Origin: Deinococcaceae bacterium | Lineage (GTDB): Bacteria; Deinococcota; Deinococci; Deinococcales; Trueperaceae | DNA: 64,000 nt | Assembly (NCBI GenBank): GCA_044508445.1 | Contig: JBIQHQ010000003.1 | Span: forward strand, 37,696 to 101,695 | Reading direction: 5' to 3' | Shown: one piece after another, positions 26,344-35,782 of the stretch | Numbering within the stretch: the first letter of the stretch is position 1 | Layout of the letters: each line of letters begins with the position of its first letter | The notes under the pieces: generated by a model | Databases searched by the model: none | The model's input: only the letters and a program-made list of their open reading frames with translations | What the model was told of the DNA's origin: nothing | Made by a program: the position numbers and the translations under genes

Positions 26344-27042
26344 ATGCAGATCACGGTTCGGATCAAGCGCTTCGACCCCGAGTCCGACAAGCGGCCGCGG
26401 TGGGAGGAGCACGAGCTGGACGTGGACCCGAACGAGAGGGTCCTCGACGTCCTCAACCACATCAAGTGGGAGCGCACCGGCAGCCTCTCGTTCCGGCGGT
26501 CGTGCGCGCACGGCATCTGCGGCTCGGACGCCATGCTCATCAACGGCACCAACAGGCTGGCCTGCAAGGTGCTGGTCAAGGACCTGGGCCCGCGCATCAC
26601 CGTGGAGCCGCTGCCGGGCCTGCCGGTCCTCAAGGACCTCATCGTCGACATGGAGCCGTTCTTCGACGCCTACAGGGCCGTGCTGCCGTACTTCATCAAC
26701 GACGAGCCGCCGCCGGCGACCGAGCGCCTGCAGAGCCCCGAGGACCGCGAGCGCTTCGACGCCACCACCAAGTGCATCCTCTGCGCCGCGTGCACGTCCT
26801 CGTGCCCCGTCTTCTGGACGAACGGGCGCTACATAGGTCCCGCCGCCATCGTCAACGCCCACAGGTTCATCTTCGACTCCCGCGACCAGGGGTCGGCCCA
26901 GCGGCTGCGGGTGCTCAACGACCTCAACGGCGTGTGGCGCTGCCGCACCGCCTACAACTGCACCGAGGCCTGCCCGCGCGGCATCCCCGTCACGCAGGCC
27001 ATCGAGGAGGTCAAGCGGGAGATCCTCTACCGCCGCGCCTGA
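26344..27042 (+). CDS. sdhB: succinate dehydrogenase iron-sulfur subunit
   Basis: Cys clusters RRSCAHGICGSDA, CILCAACTSSCP and CRTAYNCTEACP. Confidence 0.95.
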   Translation: MQITVRIKRFDPESDKRPRWEEHELDVDPNERVLDVLNHIKWERTGSLSFRRSCAHGICGSDAMLINGTNRLACKVLVKDLGPRITVEPLPGLPVLKDLIVDMEPFFDAYRAVLPYFINDEPPPATERLQSPEDRERFDATTKCILCAACTSSCPVFWTNGRYIGPAAIVNAHRFIFDSRDQGSAQRLRVLNDLNGVWRCRTAYNCTEACPRGIPVTQAIEEVKREILYRRA

Positions 27043-27103
27043 GCCCGGCCCGCCGGCACCGGTGCTCTGAGACGCCTCACGCGGTCGCCGTCTAGGCTCG
27101 CGG

Positions 27104-27718
27104 GTGCGGAGGTGGGGCATGGCAGCAGGTGAAGGCCGGTCCGGTCCCGTGGACAGCGCGGTGCACGCGCGCCTCGCGGCGGAGTGCTTCGACGCGTGCT
27201 GGGACCTGATGGAGAAGGCGGAGCGGACCGCTCAGGAGGACGAGGAGATGCTGCTCCTGGCGCACGCCTCGCTGTGGCACTGGACCAGGCGACCCGACTA
27301 CGGCGCCGCGAAGCGCGCGATAGGCCACTGGCAGCTCTCGCGGGTGAGCTCCCTGCTCGGCCGCGCCGAGCCCGCGCTGGCGCACGGGGAACTCGCGCTG
27401 GAGGCCGCCAGGGACCTCAACGCGCAGAACGCCACGGCGCTCGCCGCCGACATGCCGCCCGTCGCCACGGACACCGTACCCGCCGGCGTGCGCGAGGACG
27501 CCCCCGCCGCCGGGCCGGAGGAGGACGAGCCGGCCTACCTGCTGGGCTACGCCCACGAGGCGCTGGCCCGCGCCCACGCCCTGAGGGGCGACCTCGACAG
27601 GGCCGAGTTCCACAGGGCCGAGGCGTGGCGTCTGGCGACCGAGGTCATGGACGAGGAGGCGCGCGAACGCCTGCTCGCGGACCTCGGCGAGCTGCGCGAG
27701 TCGCAGGACGCCGCCTGA
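27104..27718 (+). CDS. conserved hypothetical helical protein
   Basis: About 200-aa ORF with normal composition at both ends and an acidic/Ala-rich insert. No family recognised. Start is GTG 27104 (5 nt after TAGGCT) or ATG 27119 (after GGAGG). Confidence 0.5.
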   Translation: MRRWGMAAGEGRSGPVDSAVHARLAAECFDACWDLMEKAERTAQEDEEMLLLAHASLWHWTRRPDYGAAKRAIGHWQLSRVSSLLGRAEPALAHGELALEAARDLNAQNATALAADMPPVATDTVPAGVREDAPAAGPEEDEPAYLLGYAHEALARAHALRGDLDRAEFHRAEAWRLATEVMDEEARERLLADLGELRESQDAA

Positions 27719-27794
27719 GGACGGCGCGCTGCGACCGGCCCGCGAGCGGTAGGCCCCCTGGGACCGCGCGGCGCGCTCCGGGCGGGCCCCTCGG

Positions 27795-29540
27795 CTACCG
27801 GTCCCCCTCCAGGTCCAGCCCCACGAGCACGGGGTCGTGGTCGGACGACCTGAAGGGGTCGGGCGCGTACAGCGCGTCCTGGGCCGGCAGCTTGAAGGTC
27901 GTGTCGTAGTCGATGAGGTCCACCTCGTCCGCGTTCACGTGCCAGGCGGCGGCACCGCTGACCTGCGGCGCGAGGCTCCCGCTGGCCAGCGCGTGGTCCA
28001 GGTAGCCCAGCATGCCGTCCGCCGCGTAGGTGTAGGCGCCCTCGCCCACGTGGGTGCGCAGGAGGTCCACGTAGCCGGCGTCCCGCAGCGCCACGGCGGG
28101 GTCCTCCAGCGCGTAGGAGTTGAGGTCGCCGATCACCAGGTAGTCCGGGTCGCCCGCGCCGGTGGGGTCGGTCTCGAGCCAGCGCAGGAGGGCCCGCACG
28201 CCCAGCAGCCGCGTGCCGTTGCAGTCGCCCTGGACGGGGTCGTCGTCGCCCCTGCCGCAGGCGCTGCCCTTGCTCTTGAGGTGGTTCACGACCACCGTGA
28301 AGCGCCCGCCGCCGCGGTCCGCGAAGGTCTGCGCCACGGCGGCGCGGTTCCTGTCCGCGCCGACGCCGCGGGGGTCCACGAAGGCGGGGTCGTCGAGGAC
28401 CGCGGGCGCGCCCACGGGCGTCACGAACGCCGGCTGGTAGACGATGGCCACCCTTATCGCGTCCCCGCCCACCGGCGCGCCCGCGTCCACGTGGGCGTAG
28501 GCGCCGCCCGTGGCGTCGTTCAGGTGGTCGACGAGGTCGCGCAGAGCGCTCTGGTCCGGGTCGTTCTCGACCTCCACGAGCCCCACCACGTGGGCGTCCA
28601 GCGCGGCGATCGCCGCGACGAGCTTGGCGCGCTGGCGCTCCAGCTCGGCGGGGTCGTCGGCGCCGCGGCACTCGTCGGTCCCGTCGGGTCCGCAGCCCGA
28701 GCCGAAGCCGTCGAAGTAGTTCAGCACGTTGAAAGACGCCACGCGCAGCGAGCCGCCCACGTCGGGCGGCCGCTCGGGGCGCGGGTCGGCCGCCGTGTAC
28801 CGGGCCCCGGTAGTGGGCTGGACGCGGAAGCTGCCGAAGGCGTAGTCGAGCACGCCGGTCACGCCGGCCACGGTGTCGCCGGCGCGGAACAGGTGGTCCA
28901 GGTCGAAGACGCCGCCCGCCACGTGCCTGGCGGGGTCGGGGTTCTGACGCGAGCGCCCGTCGTCCAGCAGCACCCGTGAGCGCCGGGCCAGGTCCAGCGC
29001 CTCCGCCACGCGCGGGTCGTCCGGCGCGAGGTACGACGTCGGCTGGTAGGGCCTCCTGCCGCCCACGGGGGCGGAGAGCAGCACCTCGCCGAAGCGGTCG
29101 AAGTCCCCGTGCCCCACGACGTAGAGCTCCTGCGGGAACGTGACGAGCATGCCCTCGAGCGGCTCCAGGTCGCGTTCGTCGGAGAGGGGCAGGGCGACGG
29201 GCGTGGGCGCGGGCAGCGGCACGCCGCCCCGGCACACGACCACTGCGGGGCGCCCGGCGAGCTCGGTGAGGCCCTCGTGCTCCGTGGCCCGGCCCGTGAC
29301 GCGCACGAGGTCGCCCACGGAGACGTCCCGGGACGACCCGAACACGTAGACGCCGTCCGAGGTGCCCGGGTCGCCGTCGGCGCGCTCCGGGACCTCCTGC
29401 ACGAAGAACCCGCCCAGGTCGGTGCCCAGCGGGTCGCCGTCGTCACTCTGGAAGTCGCCCACGACGACCCCCTCCACGGTGACGACGCGCCCCGCCAGCG
29501 GGGTGGCGTCACCGCGGCCCTGCAGGGCGCCGATGGGCAC
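27795..29540 (-). CDS. ExeM/NucH-type extracellular endonuclease (EEP superfamily)
   Basis: N-terminal GRVVTVEGVVVGDFQ...GGFFVQE OB-like part. C-terminal endonuclease/exonuclease/phosphatase fold (VASFNVLNYF ... VVNHLKSKG ... SSDHDPV). The true 5' end is probably upstream of 29540 (see findings). Confidence 0.8.
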   Translation of the reverse strand: MPIGALQGRGDATPLAGRVVTVEGVVVGDFQSDDGDPLGTDLGGFFVQEVPERADGDPGTSDGVYVFGSSRDVSVGDLVRVTGRATEHEGLTELAGRPAVVVCRGGVPLPAPTPVALPLSDERDLEPLEGMLVTFPQELYVVGHGDFDRFGEVLLSAPVGGRRPYQPTSYLAPDDPRVAEALDLARRSRVLLDDGRSRQNPDPARHVAGGVFDLDHLFRAGDTVAGVTGVLDYAFGSFRVQPTTGARYTAADPRPERPPDVGGSLRVASFNVLNYFDGFGSGCGPDGTDECRGADDPAELERQRAKLVAAIAALDAHVVGLVEVENDPDQSALRDLVDHLNDATGGAYAHVDAGAPVGGDAIRVAIVYQPAFVTPVGAPAVLDDPAFVDPRGVGADRNRAAVAQTFADRGGGRFTVVVNHLKSKGSACGRGDDDPVQGDCNGTRLLGVRALLRWLETDPTGAGDPDYLVIGDLNSYALEDPAVALRDAGYVDLLRTHVGEGAYTYAADGMLGYLDHALASGSLAPQVSGAAAWHVNADEVDLIDYDTTFKLPAQDALYAPDPFRSSDHDPVLVGLDLEGDR

Positions 29541-29676
29541 GACGTCCGCGGGCCCCGAGCAGGAGCCGGTGCCCTGGCCGCCGGCGCCCAGGCCCCCTAC
29601 GCCCGCCGCCAGGCCGAGCGCGAAAAGCCCGGCGAGCAGGGCGGAGCGGCGGGGCGGGCGCCCCCGGCGAGAGTGC

Positions 29677-30054
29677 CTAGGGCACGCGCGCGACGAGCTC
29701 CACCTCCACGGCGGCGCCCCTGGGCAGCGCCGCCACGGCCACGGTGGTGCGCGCCGGCGGCTCGCCGGTGAAGTGCGCGCCGTAGGCGCGGTTGAACTCC
29801 TCGAAGGTCGCCATGTCGGCGAGGAAGCAGGTGGCCTTCACCACGTGCTCGAGGCCGGTGCCGGCGGCCTGGAGCACGGCGGCGAGGTTGCGCATGACCT
29901 GCTCCGTCTGCTCGGCCACGGAACCGTCCACGAACGTGCCGTCGGGACGCAGCGCGACCTGGCCGGCCGTGAACACGAGGTCGCCCACCCTGACGGCCTG
30001 CGAGTAGGGACCTACGGCTGCCGGAGCTCCTGACGTGGTGATCGTCTGTCGCAT
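29677..30054 (-). CDS. ridA: RidA family reactive-intermediate deaminase
   Basis: The last 125 aa of track ORF 29677..31695 read MRQTITTSGAPAAVGPYSQAVRVGDLVFTAGQ...ARTTVAVAALPRGAAVEVE. ATG at 30054-30052. Confidence 0.9.
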   Translation of the reverse strand: MRQTITTSGAPAAVGPYSQAVRVGDLVFTAGQVALRPDGTFVDGSVAEQTEQVMRNLAAVLQAAGTGLEHVVKATCFLADMATFEEFNRAYGAHFTGEPPARTTVAVAALPRGAAVEVELVARVP

Positions 30055-30083
30055 GGCGCGAGCGTAGCAGGGAGGTCGAGGGC

Positions 30084-31082
30084 TCAGAGCACCAGCAGCA
30101 CCAGCAGCAGGACGAGCAGCAGCGCCGACCCGAGGACCCAGCCGCGGTACGGGTACCAGGGGTGGCGCCTGAGCCGCGCCAGCGGTCCGTTCGGCGGGTA
30201 GCCGTCCTCCACCTTCCTGATGCCGGACATCGTGTCGCCTATCGCCACCGTCGCCACCTGCAGCTCGCTCTCGGGGAGGTCGTAGCGCTTGTGCCGCGGC
30301 ACGACCTCGTCCACCTGCAGCACGACGGCCGTGACGTTGTCGGGGCTGCCGCGGTCGTTCGCCTCGCGCAGCAGGCGCCGCACCGCCTCCTCGGGCGAGC
30401 CCTGCGCCACCACCTGCGCCATCAGGGCCTCGGGGAGCAGCATGCTGACGCCGTCCGACACGACGAGCAGGCGGTCGCCGCGACGCACCTCGAAGTGGAG
30501 GACGTCGAGCCGGAACCGCGGCGTGGCGCCGATGGCGTTGGTGATGACGTTGCGGTAGCGGTGTCGGCTGGCCTCGTCCTCCGACAGGAGGCCCTGCCGC
30601 ACGCGGTCGGCCACCCAGGAGTGGTCGTCGGTGAGGCGCAGGAGCTGGCCGTCGCGCAGCAGGTAGGCGCGGGAGTCGCCGACGTGGCCCACGAGCCCCA
30701 CCTGGTCGTCGACGAGCACGGCCGTGAGCGTCGTGCCCATGCCTCGGTGCTCCGGGTGCTCCAGCGCGTGGTTGTAGACCGCCACGTTCGCCGCCTGGGC
30801 CGCGCGCGCCAGCGCCACGGGCGCGTGCGCGCGGCTGCGCGTCAGCGTCTCCACCAAGACCTCGACGGCCCGGCGGCTGGCGAGCTCGCCGGAGATGTGG
30901 CCGCCCATGCCGTCCGCGACGGCGCCGAGGAAGCCGTGCGGCCCCACGCGACCGCAGTAGAACGCGTCCTGGTTGAGGCTGCGCACGCGGCCCGGGTCGC
31001 TGGCGCCGGCGCCCACCACGACCGTCGCGCCGCGGAGCGCGTCCGCCGCGCCGTTGGGCCTGGGTGCCAGCGCCGAGCTCAT
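30084..31082 (-). CDS. PP2C-family Ser/Thr protein phosphatase with C-terminal membrane anchor
   Basis: GAVADGMGGH, GMGTT and SDG motifs. C-terminal TM segment GWVLGSALLLVLLLVLLVL. Confidence 0.85.
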   Translation of the reverse strand: MSSALAPRPNGAADALRGATVVVGAGASDPGRVRSLNQDAFYCGRVGPHGFLGAVADGMGGHISGELASRRAVEVLVETLTRSRAHAPVALARAAQAANVAVYNHALEHPEHRGMGTTLTAVLVDDQVGLVGHVGDSRAYLLRDGQLLRLTDDHSWVADRVRQGLLSEDEASRHRYRNVITNAIGATPRFRLDVLHFEVRRGDRLLVVSDGVSMLLPEALMAQVVAQGSPEEAVRRLLREANDRGSPDNVTAVVLQVDEVVPRHKRYDLPESELQVATVAIGDTMSGIRKVEDGYPPNGPLARLRRHPWYPYRGWVLGSALLLVLLLVLLVL

Positions 31083-31186
31083 GCGCCCTCGATGATACCA
31101 GCGCCGCCGTGAGAGCCGGTGCCGTCATGACGCACGGTATGCCGTCCAGGACGGCACTCCCCGGCCGGTGGTAGAGGCGTGCTGTT

Positions 31187-32566
31187 ATGCTGCCGCGCGT
31201 GCCAGGGGCGGTGGAACGGGCGTTGGCGGCGGCGGAGGCGGCGCAGGAGCGCACCAACGCCTTCCTGGCCCTGGCGCCGGAGCGGGCGCTGGCGGCCGCC
31301 GCGTCGGTGGCCCCCGACGCGCCCCTCGCCGGCGTGCCGGTGGCGGTGAAGGACAACATCTGCGTCGCGGGCATGCCCGCCACCGCGGGGTCGCGCGTGC
31401 TCGAGGGGTTCGTGCCGCCGTACACGGCGACGGTGGTGGAGCGGCTCGAGGCGTCCGGCGCCGTCGTGGTGGGCAAGACGAACCTCGACGAGTTCGGCAT
31501 GGGGTCGACGAACGAGAACTCCGCGTACGGGCCCGTCCTCAACCCCTTGGACCCCGGACGCGTGGCGGGCGGTTCGTCGGGCGGCTCGGCCGCGGCGGTC
31601 GCCGCCGGCGTCGTGCCGCTGGCCCTCGGCAGCGATACGGGCGGCTCGGTGAGGCTGCCGGCCGCGTTCTGCGGGGTCGTGGGCTTCAAGCCCACCTACG
31701 GCGCGCTGTCGCGCTACGGACTCATCTCGTACGCCAGCTCGCTCGACCAGGTGGGGATCGTCGCCGGCGACGTGGCCCTGGCCAGGCGCGCCTTCCACGC
31801 GATGCGCGGGACCGACCCGCTGGACCCCACGAGCCGCGAGCCGGGCGCGGCCCCGCCCGTCGCCGGCAGGGTGGCGGTGCTGCGCGAGCTGGCGGGCGAG
31901 GGCATGTCGCGCGACGCCCTGGGCGGCCTGGCGCGCGCCAGGGCGGCGCTGGCCGAGGGCGGGACGGAGGTCGTGGACGTCTCCGTGCCCGCCGTGCGCT
32001 ACGCGGTGGCCGCCTACTACCTGATCGCGACGGCCGAGGCGGCGAGCAACCTGTCGCGCTACGACGGCTCGACCTTCGGTGCCCGCGTGGGCGACGCCGC
32101 CGAGGGCCAGGCGACGGTGAGCGCGCGCACGCGCAGCGCCCTGTTCGGCCCCGAGGTCAAGCGCCGCGTCCTCATGGGCTCGTTCGCGCTCTCGGCCGGG
32201 TACCGCGACGCCTACTACGGGCGCGCCGTGAGGGCCAGGGGTCTGGTGGCGGCCGGCCTCGCGGAGGCGCTCACAGGCGTCGACGCTCTGCTGACGCCCA
32301 CGGCCGTGAGCACCGCCTACCACCTGGGCGAGAAGCTGGCCGACCCCGTGGCCATGTACGCCGGCGACGTCGCGACGTGCCTGGCGAACCTCGCGGGGCT
32401 GCCGGCGGTGAGCGTCCCGGCCGGCGTGGGGGACGACGGCCTGCCCGTGGGCGTGCAGCTCGTCGGCGCGCGCTGGTCCGACGACGCCCTCCTCGACCTG
32501 GCCGAGCGCCTGGCGGCCGCGCTGTCGGGCCTGGGCCCGGGCCAGCAGCCACGCGGGCCCTTGTGA
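31187..32566 (+). CDS. gatA: Glu-tRNA(Gln) amidotransferase subunit A
   Basis: Amidase signature GGSSGGSAAAVAAG...GSDTGGSVR. An alternative in-frame GTG at 31199 lies 7 nt after TATGCT. Confidence 0.95.
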   Translation: MLPRVPGAVERALAAAEAAQERTNAFLALAPERALAAAASVAPDAPLAGVPVAVKDNICVAGMPATAGSRVLEGFVPPYTATVVERLEASGAVVVGKTNLDEFGMGSTNENSAYGPVLNPLDPGRVAGGSSGGSAAAVAAGVVPLALGSDTGGSVRLPAAFCGVVGFKPTYGALSRYGLISYASSLDQVGIVAGDVALARRAFHAMRGTDPLDPTSREPGAAPPVAGRVAVLRELAGEGMSRDALGGLARARAALAEGGTEVVDVSVPAVRYAVAAYYLIATAEAASNLSRYDGSTFGARVGDAAEGQATVSARTRSALFGPEVKRRVLMGSFALSAGYRDAYYGRAVRARGLVAAGLAEALTGVDALLTPTAVSTAYHLGEKLADPVAMYAGDVATCLANLAGLPAVSVPAGVGDDGLPVGVQLVGARWSDDALLDLAERLAAALSGLGPGQQPRGPL

Positions 32567-32729
32567 TATGCTCTTCCGGCTTGACCGCCCGCCGCCACGG
32601 CGGGGGTCCCCCGCGCGCGCCGGAGCTCCCGTCTCCGCGCCGGCGGGGAGGAGTAGAGCACGAGAAGCGAAAGGGCGGAGGCGCCGCGCACCCAGGCGGC
32701 TCTGACGCCTGGCCGTCCGAGGAGCAGAT

Positions 32730-32873
32730 ATGAAGCGCACGTACCAGCCGAACCGCCGCAAGCGCGCCAAGACGCACGGCTTCAGGGCGCGCATGGCGAC
32801 GCCAGCCGGCCGCCGCGTCCTCGCCCGCCGCCGGGCGAAGGGCCGCAAGCGCCTGACGGTCTCCGATCGCTGA
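32730..32873 (+). CDS. rpmH: 50S ribosomal protein L34
   Basis: Below the ORF-track size cutoff. My translation is [53 protein letters not shown] lies upstream of the ATG. Confidence 0.9.
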   Translation: MKRTYQPNRRKRAKTHGFRARMATPAGRRVLARRRAKGRKRLTVSDR

Positions 32874-33214
32874 CGCAAGGCCCCAGGCTGCGTTCGCTGA
32901 AGTCGGAACGCGACTTCCAGCGGCTGGTCAGGGGACGCGCGTCCGGCAGCAGGCACGTCACGGTGCGCCTGCGCGAGACCCGGACGGGAGAGGTGAGGGT
33001 CGCGATCGTCGTCAGCCGCAAGGTGGGCAAGGCCGTGGTCCGCAACCGCGTGCGCCGCAGGCTGCGGGAGGCGCTGCTGGCGCTGCTGCGGGAGGGCGTG
33101 GTCGGGTCGTCGCTGGACGTCATGATCATCGCCAAGCCCTCGGCGGCGGAGGCGCCGTTCGGCGACCTCAAGGCGTCGCTGCGGACCGCGCTGGCGCGGG
33201 GGCGCGCGGCGTGA
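32870..33214 (+). CDS. rnpA: RNase P protein component (5' end uncertain; no canonical start codon upstream of the conserved N-terminus)
   Basis: The track ORF starts at GTG 32963. The conserved RnpA N-terminal motif [13 protein letters not shown] is encoded in frame at 32897 onward. Candidate starts are CTG 32870 (CTGA overlap with the rpmH stop) or CTG 32888. Confidence 0.7.
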   Translation: MTQGPRLRSLKSERDFQRLVRGRASGSRHVTVRLRETRTGEVRVAIVVSRKVGKAVVRNRVRRRLREALLALLREGVVGSSLDVMIIAKPSAAEAPFGDLKASLRTALARGRAA

Positions 33215-33513
33215 GCCGCCTCCTCGCCGACGTCGTGCTGGCCCCCGTGCGGCTCTACAGGCGCTACCTCTCGCCGCTCAAGCCCACGCCGAGCTGCCGC
33301 TTCCACCCCACCTGCAGCGAGTACGCGATCCAGGCCGTGGAGACGCACGGCGTCATCAAGGGCGTGGCGCTGGCGACGTGGCGGGTGCTGCGCTGCCACC
33401 CCTTCAACCCCGGCGGCTACGACCCGGTGCCGCCGCGGCGGCACGCCCACGAGCACGACCACGCGGTCGTGGCGGCGCGCCGCGCCCAGCGCGCCCGCAC
33501 GGAGGCACATTGA
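33211..33513 (+). CDS. yidD: membrane protein insertion efficiency factor YidD
   Basis: [24 protein letters not shown] signature. The GTG overlaps the rnpA stop (GTGA). Confidence 0.85.
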   Translation: MSRLLADVVLAPVRLYRRYLSPLKPTPSCRFHPTCSEYAIQAVETHGVIKGVALATWRVLRCHPFNPGGYDPVPPRRHAHEHDHAVVAARRAQRARTEAH

Positions 33514-35156
33514 CAGCGAAACCTGCCCTCGCCCTAGCGGCGGCCGTCCTGCTCGCCCTAGCCGCCCCCCTGGCGGCGGCGCGCGAGGCCATCGAGTCGG
33601 GCCCCTTCGAGCCGGCCAGCTTCCGCGGCCTGGAGGAGGCGCTCGCCACCTGCGGAGGCAGCCAGCCGTCGTTCCTGTGCCACTACGAGGACGACGAGCT
33701 GACGCGCGTGCCCACCAAGGGCGCCGACTTCTTCTTCACCCCGGCCGGCGAGCTGGCCGCGGCCTTCGTGAAGGTCAGGCGCGGCCAGGAGCAGAGCGAG
33801 TACAACCTCACGGCGGGCAACAACGTCATCCCCTTCGACGCCCAGGCGCCGGCCGGCGCGCTGCTCGTGGACGGCGCCTACGCGCCGCCGGAGGACGTGA
33901 CCGGCGAGTGGGTCCGCACCGACGACGTCACGCTCACGGGCACCTTCACCTACCGGGCCGGTGACCTGCTCGTCGAGAGGACCGTGGTCGTCAGCAGCGT
34001 GAGCGAGACGGCCACCCACACCCTGGTCGTGACCAGGGCGGGCGACGAGGGGCCCGCGCCCGCGGGCGACGCGGGTTCGCCGGGCGCCGACGGCGCCGCG
34101 GACGAGGCCGACGCCGAGGCTGACGCCGAGGCCGGCGCTGCGGGCGACGTGCTGCTGCAGGTGGCCGCGCCGGGCATCGGCCGCGTGGCGAACCCCGTGG
34201 TGAAGGTCGGCTACGGCGAGACCTTCGCGCTCAACCCCGGCGAGCGCCCCTTCGGCGACGTCACCTACGTGTCGCTGCAGAAGTCGAACAACAACCGCGA
34301 GGAGGCCGTCATCCTGCTGCCGCGCGGCGAGGGCGCGGCGCTGGAGGGCGCGTTCCAGCGCCCGAACTTCGGCGTGCTGCAGGCGACGATGCCGGCCGGC
34401 CAGGACGCCGTGACGCTGGCCGTGGACCTCTACGCCGGTCCGAACGAGCTGGTGCGCTACTCGCAGGAGGGCTACCTCGACCTGCCCGGCCTGTTCACGC
34501 CGAACATCCTCGGGCGCCTGTCGCTGCTCGTGGTGCGGCTGCTCGAGTTCATCCACGACTACGTGCCGAGCTGGGGCCTGTCGATCATCGTGCTCACGCT
34601 GCTCTTCAGGGCCCTGATCTGGCCGCTGATAAGCACGCAGACGAAGTCGATGTTCGGCATGCAGGCGCTGCAGCCGAAGCTGCAGGAGCTGCAGAAGAAG
34701 TACAAGGACGACCGCGAGAAGCTGACGCAGGAGACGATGAAGCTCTACCGCGAGGCGGGCGTGAACCCGGCCGGCGGCTGCCTCCCGATCCTCCTGCAGA
34801 TGCCGCTGTTCCTGATCCTGTGGCGCGTCTTCGTGAACTTCGAGTTCGCCGAGGGCTTCCTGTGGATCCCCGACCTCGGCCGCGCCGACCCCACCTTCGT
34901 CCTGCCGATCCTCTACGTGGCCGTGATGCTCGCGATGTCCTACTTCTCCTCGCGCGCCAACCCGCAGCAGATGCGCCAGTCGATGATCATCAACGTGGTC
35001 TTCGGCTTCATCATCTTCGGCTTCCCGGCGGGCGTGCTGCTCTACTATGTGGTGTCCATGCTGGTGCAGGTGTTCCAGTACTGGCTGCTCTACCGGGGCA
35101 GGAGCGCCCCGGCCGGCGCGACCCCGGCGCTGGCGACCGGCAAGCGCGGCAAGTGA
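33510..35156 (+). CDS. yidC: membrane protein insertase YidC
   Basis: C-terminal core [19 protein letters not shown]...[19 protein letters not shown] 33510 follows GGAGG and overlaps the yidD stop (TTGA). The track ORF 33378.. over-extends 5'. Confidence 0.9.
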   Translation: MTAKPALALAAAVLLALAAPLAAAREAIESGPFEPASFRGLEEALATCGGSQPSFLCHYEDDELTRVPTKGADFFFTPAGELAAAFVKVRRGQEQSEYNLTAGNNVIPFDAQAPAGALLVDGAYAPPEDVTGEWVRTDDVTLTGTFTYRAGDLLVERTVVVSSVSETATHTLVVTRAGDEGPAPAGDAGSPGADGAADEADAEADAEAGAAGDVLLQVAAPGIGRVANPVVKVGYGETFALNPGERPFGDVTYVSLQKSNNNREEAVILLPRGEGAALEGAFQRPNFGVLQATMPAGQDAVTLAVDLYAGPNELVRYSQEGYLDLPGLFTPNILGRLSLLVVRLLEFIHDYVPSWGLSIIVLTLLFRALIWPLISTQTKSMFGMQALQPKLQELQKKYKDDREKLTQETMKLYREAGVNPAGGCLPILLQMPLFLILWRVFVNFEFAEGFLWIPDLGRADPTFVLPILYVAVMLAMSYFSSRANPQQMRQSMIINVVFGFIIFGFPAGVLLYYVVSMLVQVFQYWLLYRGRSAPAGATPALATGKRGK

Positions 35157-35166
35157 GGCCACCTAG

Positions 35167-35772
35167 ATGAGCGATTCGGACCTGGACCGGTACCTCGAGG
35201 GCATCGGCATCAACGTCGGCGAGGACGACGACGCCCCCGAGGTCCTCGAGCGCCTCGACGAGACCGAGCCGGACCTCGAGGAGTTCGACGTCGCCGCTTA
35301 CGACGCGGCGATCGTCGTGCAGGGCGACCCCGCCGAGCGCGCCGAGACGTTCCTCGTCAACCTCCTGCTGAACATCGACCCCGGCTACGCGGTGGAGGTC
35401 GACGGCGTCACCGACGAGGAGGTCTTCATCGAGGTCTACGGCGGCGACCCGGGCAAGATCATCGGCCGCGCCGGGCGCACGCTGTCGGCCCTGGAGTACG
35501 TGACGAACGCGGTCGTGAACCGCGAGGGCGGGCGCCCCGTGCGCGTGAACATCGACGTGGGCGGCTACAAGCGGCGCCGCGACGCCAGGCTCCGCGAGAC
35601 CGCCCTGGCCGCCGCCGCCCGCGTGCGCAAGAGCGGCGTCGCCGTGGAGCTCGAGCCCATGACCGCCGCCGAGCGCCGCGTCGTGCACATGTCGCTGGCG
35701 GAGGAGGCCGGGGTCACCACCGAGTCGACGGGCGAGGGCGCCGACCGTCGCGTGGTCGTCAAGCCCGCCTGA
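35167..35772 (+). CDS. jag: Jag/KhpB RNA-binding protein (KH plus R3H domains)
   Basis: GKIIGRAGRTLSALEYV (KH) and ERRVVHMSLAEEAGVTTES (R3H), in the canonical position after yidC. Confidence 0.85.
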   Translation: MSDSDLDRYLEGIGINVGEDDDAPEVLERLDETEPDLEEFDVAAYDAAIVVQGDPAERAETFLVNLLLNIDPGYAVEVDGVTDEEVFIEVYGGDPGKIIGRAGRTLSALEYVTNAVVNREGGRPVRVNIDVGGYKRRRDARLRETALAAAARVRKSGVAVELEPMTAAERRVVHMSLAEEAGVTTESTGEGADRRVVVKPA

Positions 35773-35782
35773 CACAGCCCCC

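Noticed and set aside
24475-27120. Very long ORFs antisense to, or in alternative frames of, clear genes. Examples: 24475..27120 opposite sdhA/B, 37984..41028 opposite gdh, 53266..56643 in ftsK, 57755..60610, 50301..52796, 43512..44990, 577..1614, 714..1913 and 11475..13193.
   Set aside because: Their translations are Arg/Ala/Gly/Pro-rich with no recognisable motifs. Each overlaps a gene with strong family signatures. Stop codons are rare in off-frames of very GC-rich DNA, so these are compositional shadows, not overlapping genes.
32567-32729. Replication origin (oriC) next to rpmH-rnpA-yidC, as in many bacteria.
   Set aside because: No dnaA or dnaN is adjacent; gatA lies upstream. I see no cluster of TTATCCACA-like DnaA boxes or AT-rich unwinding element in the 163-bp leader. 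It more likely holds a promoter (TATGCT at 32567-72) and GC-rich leader hairpins.
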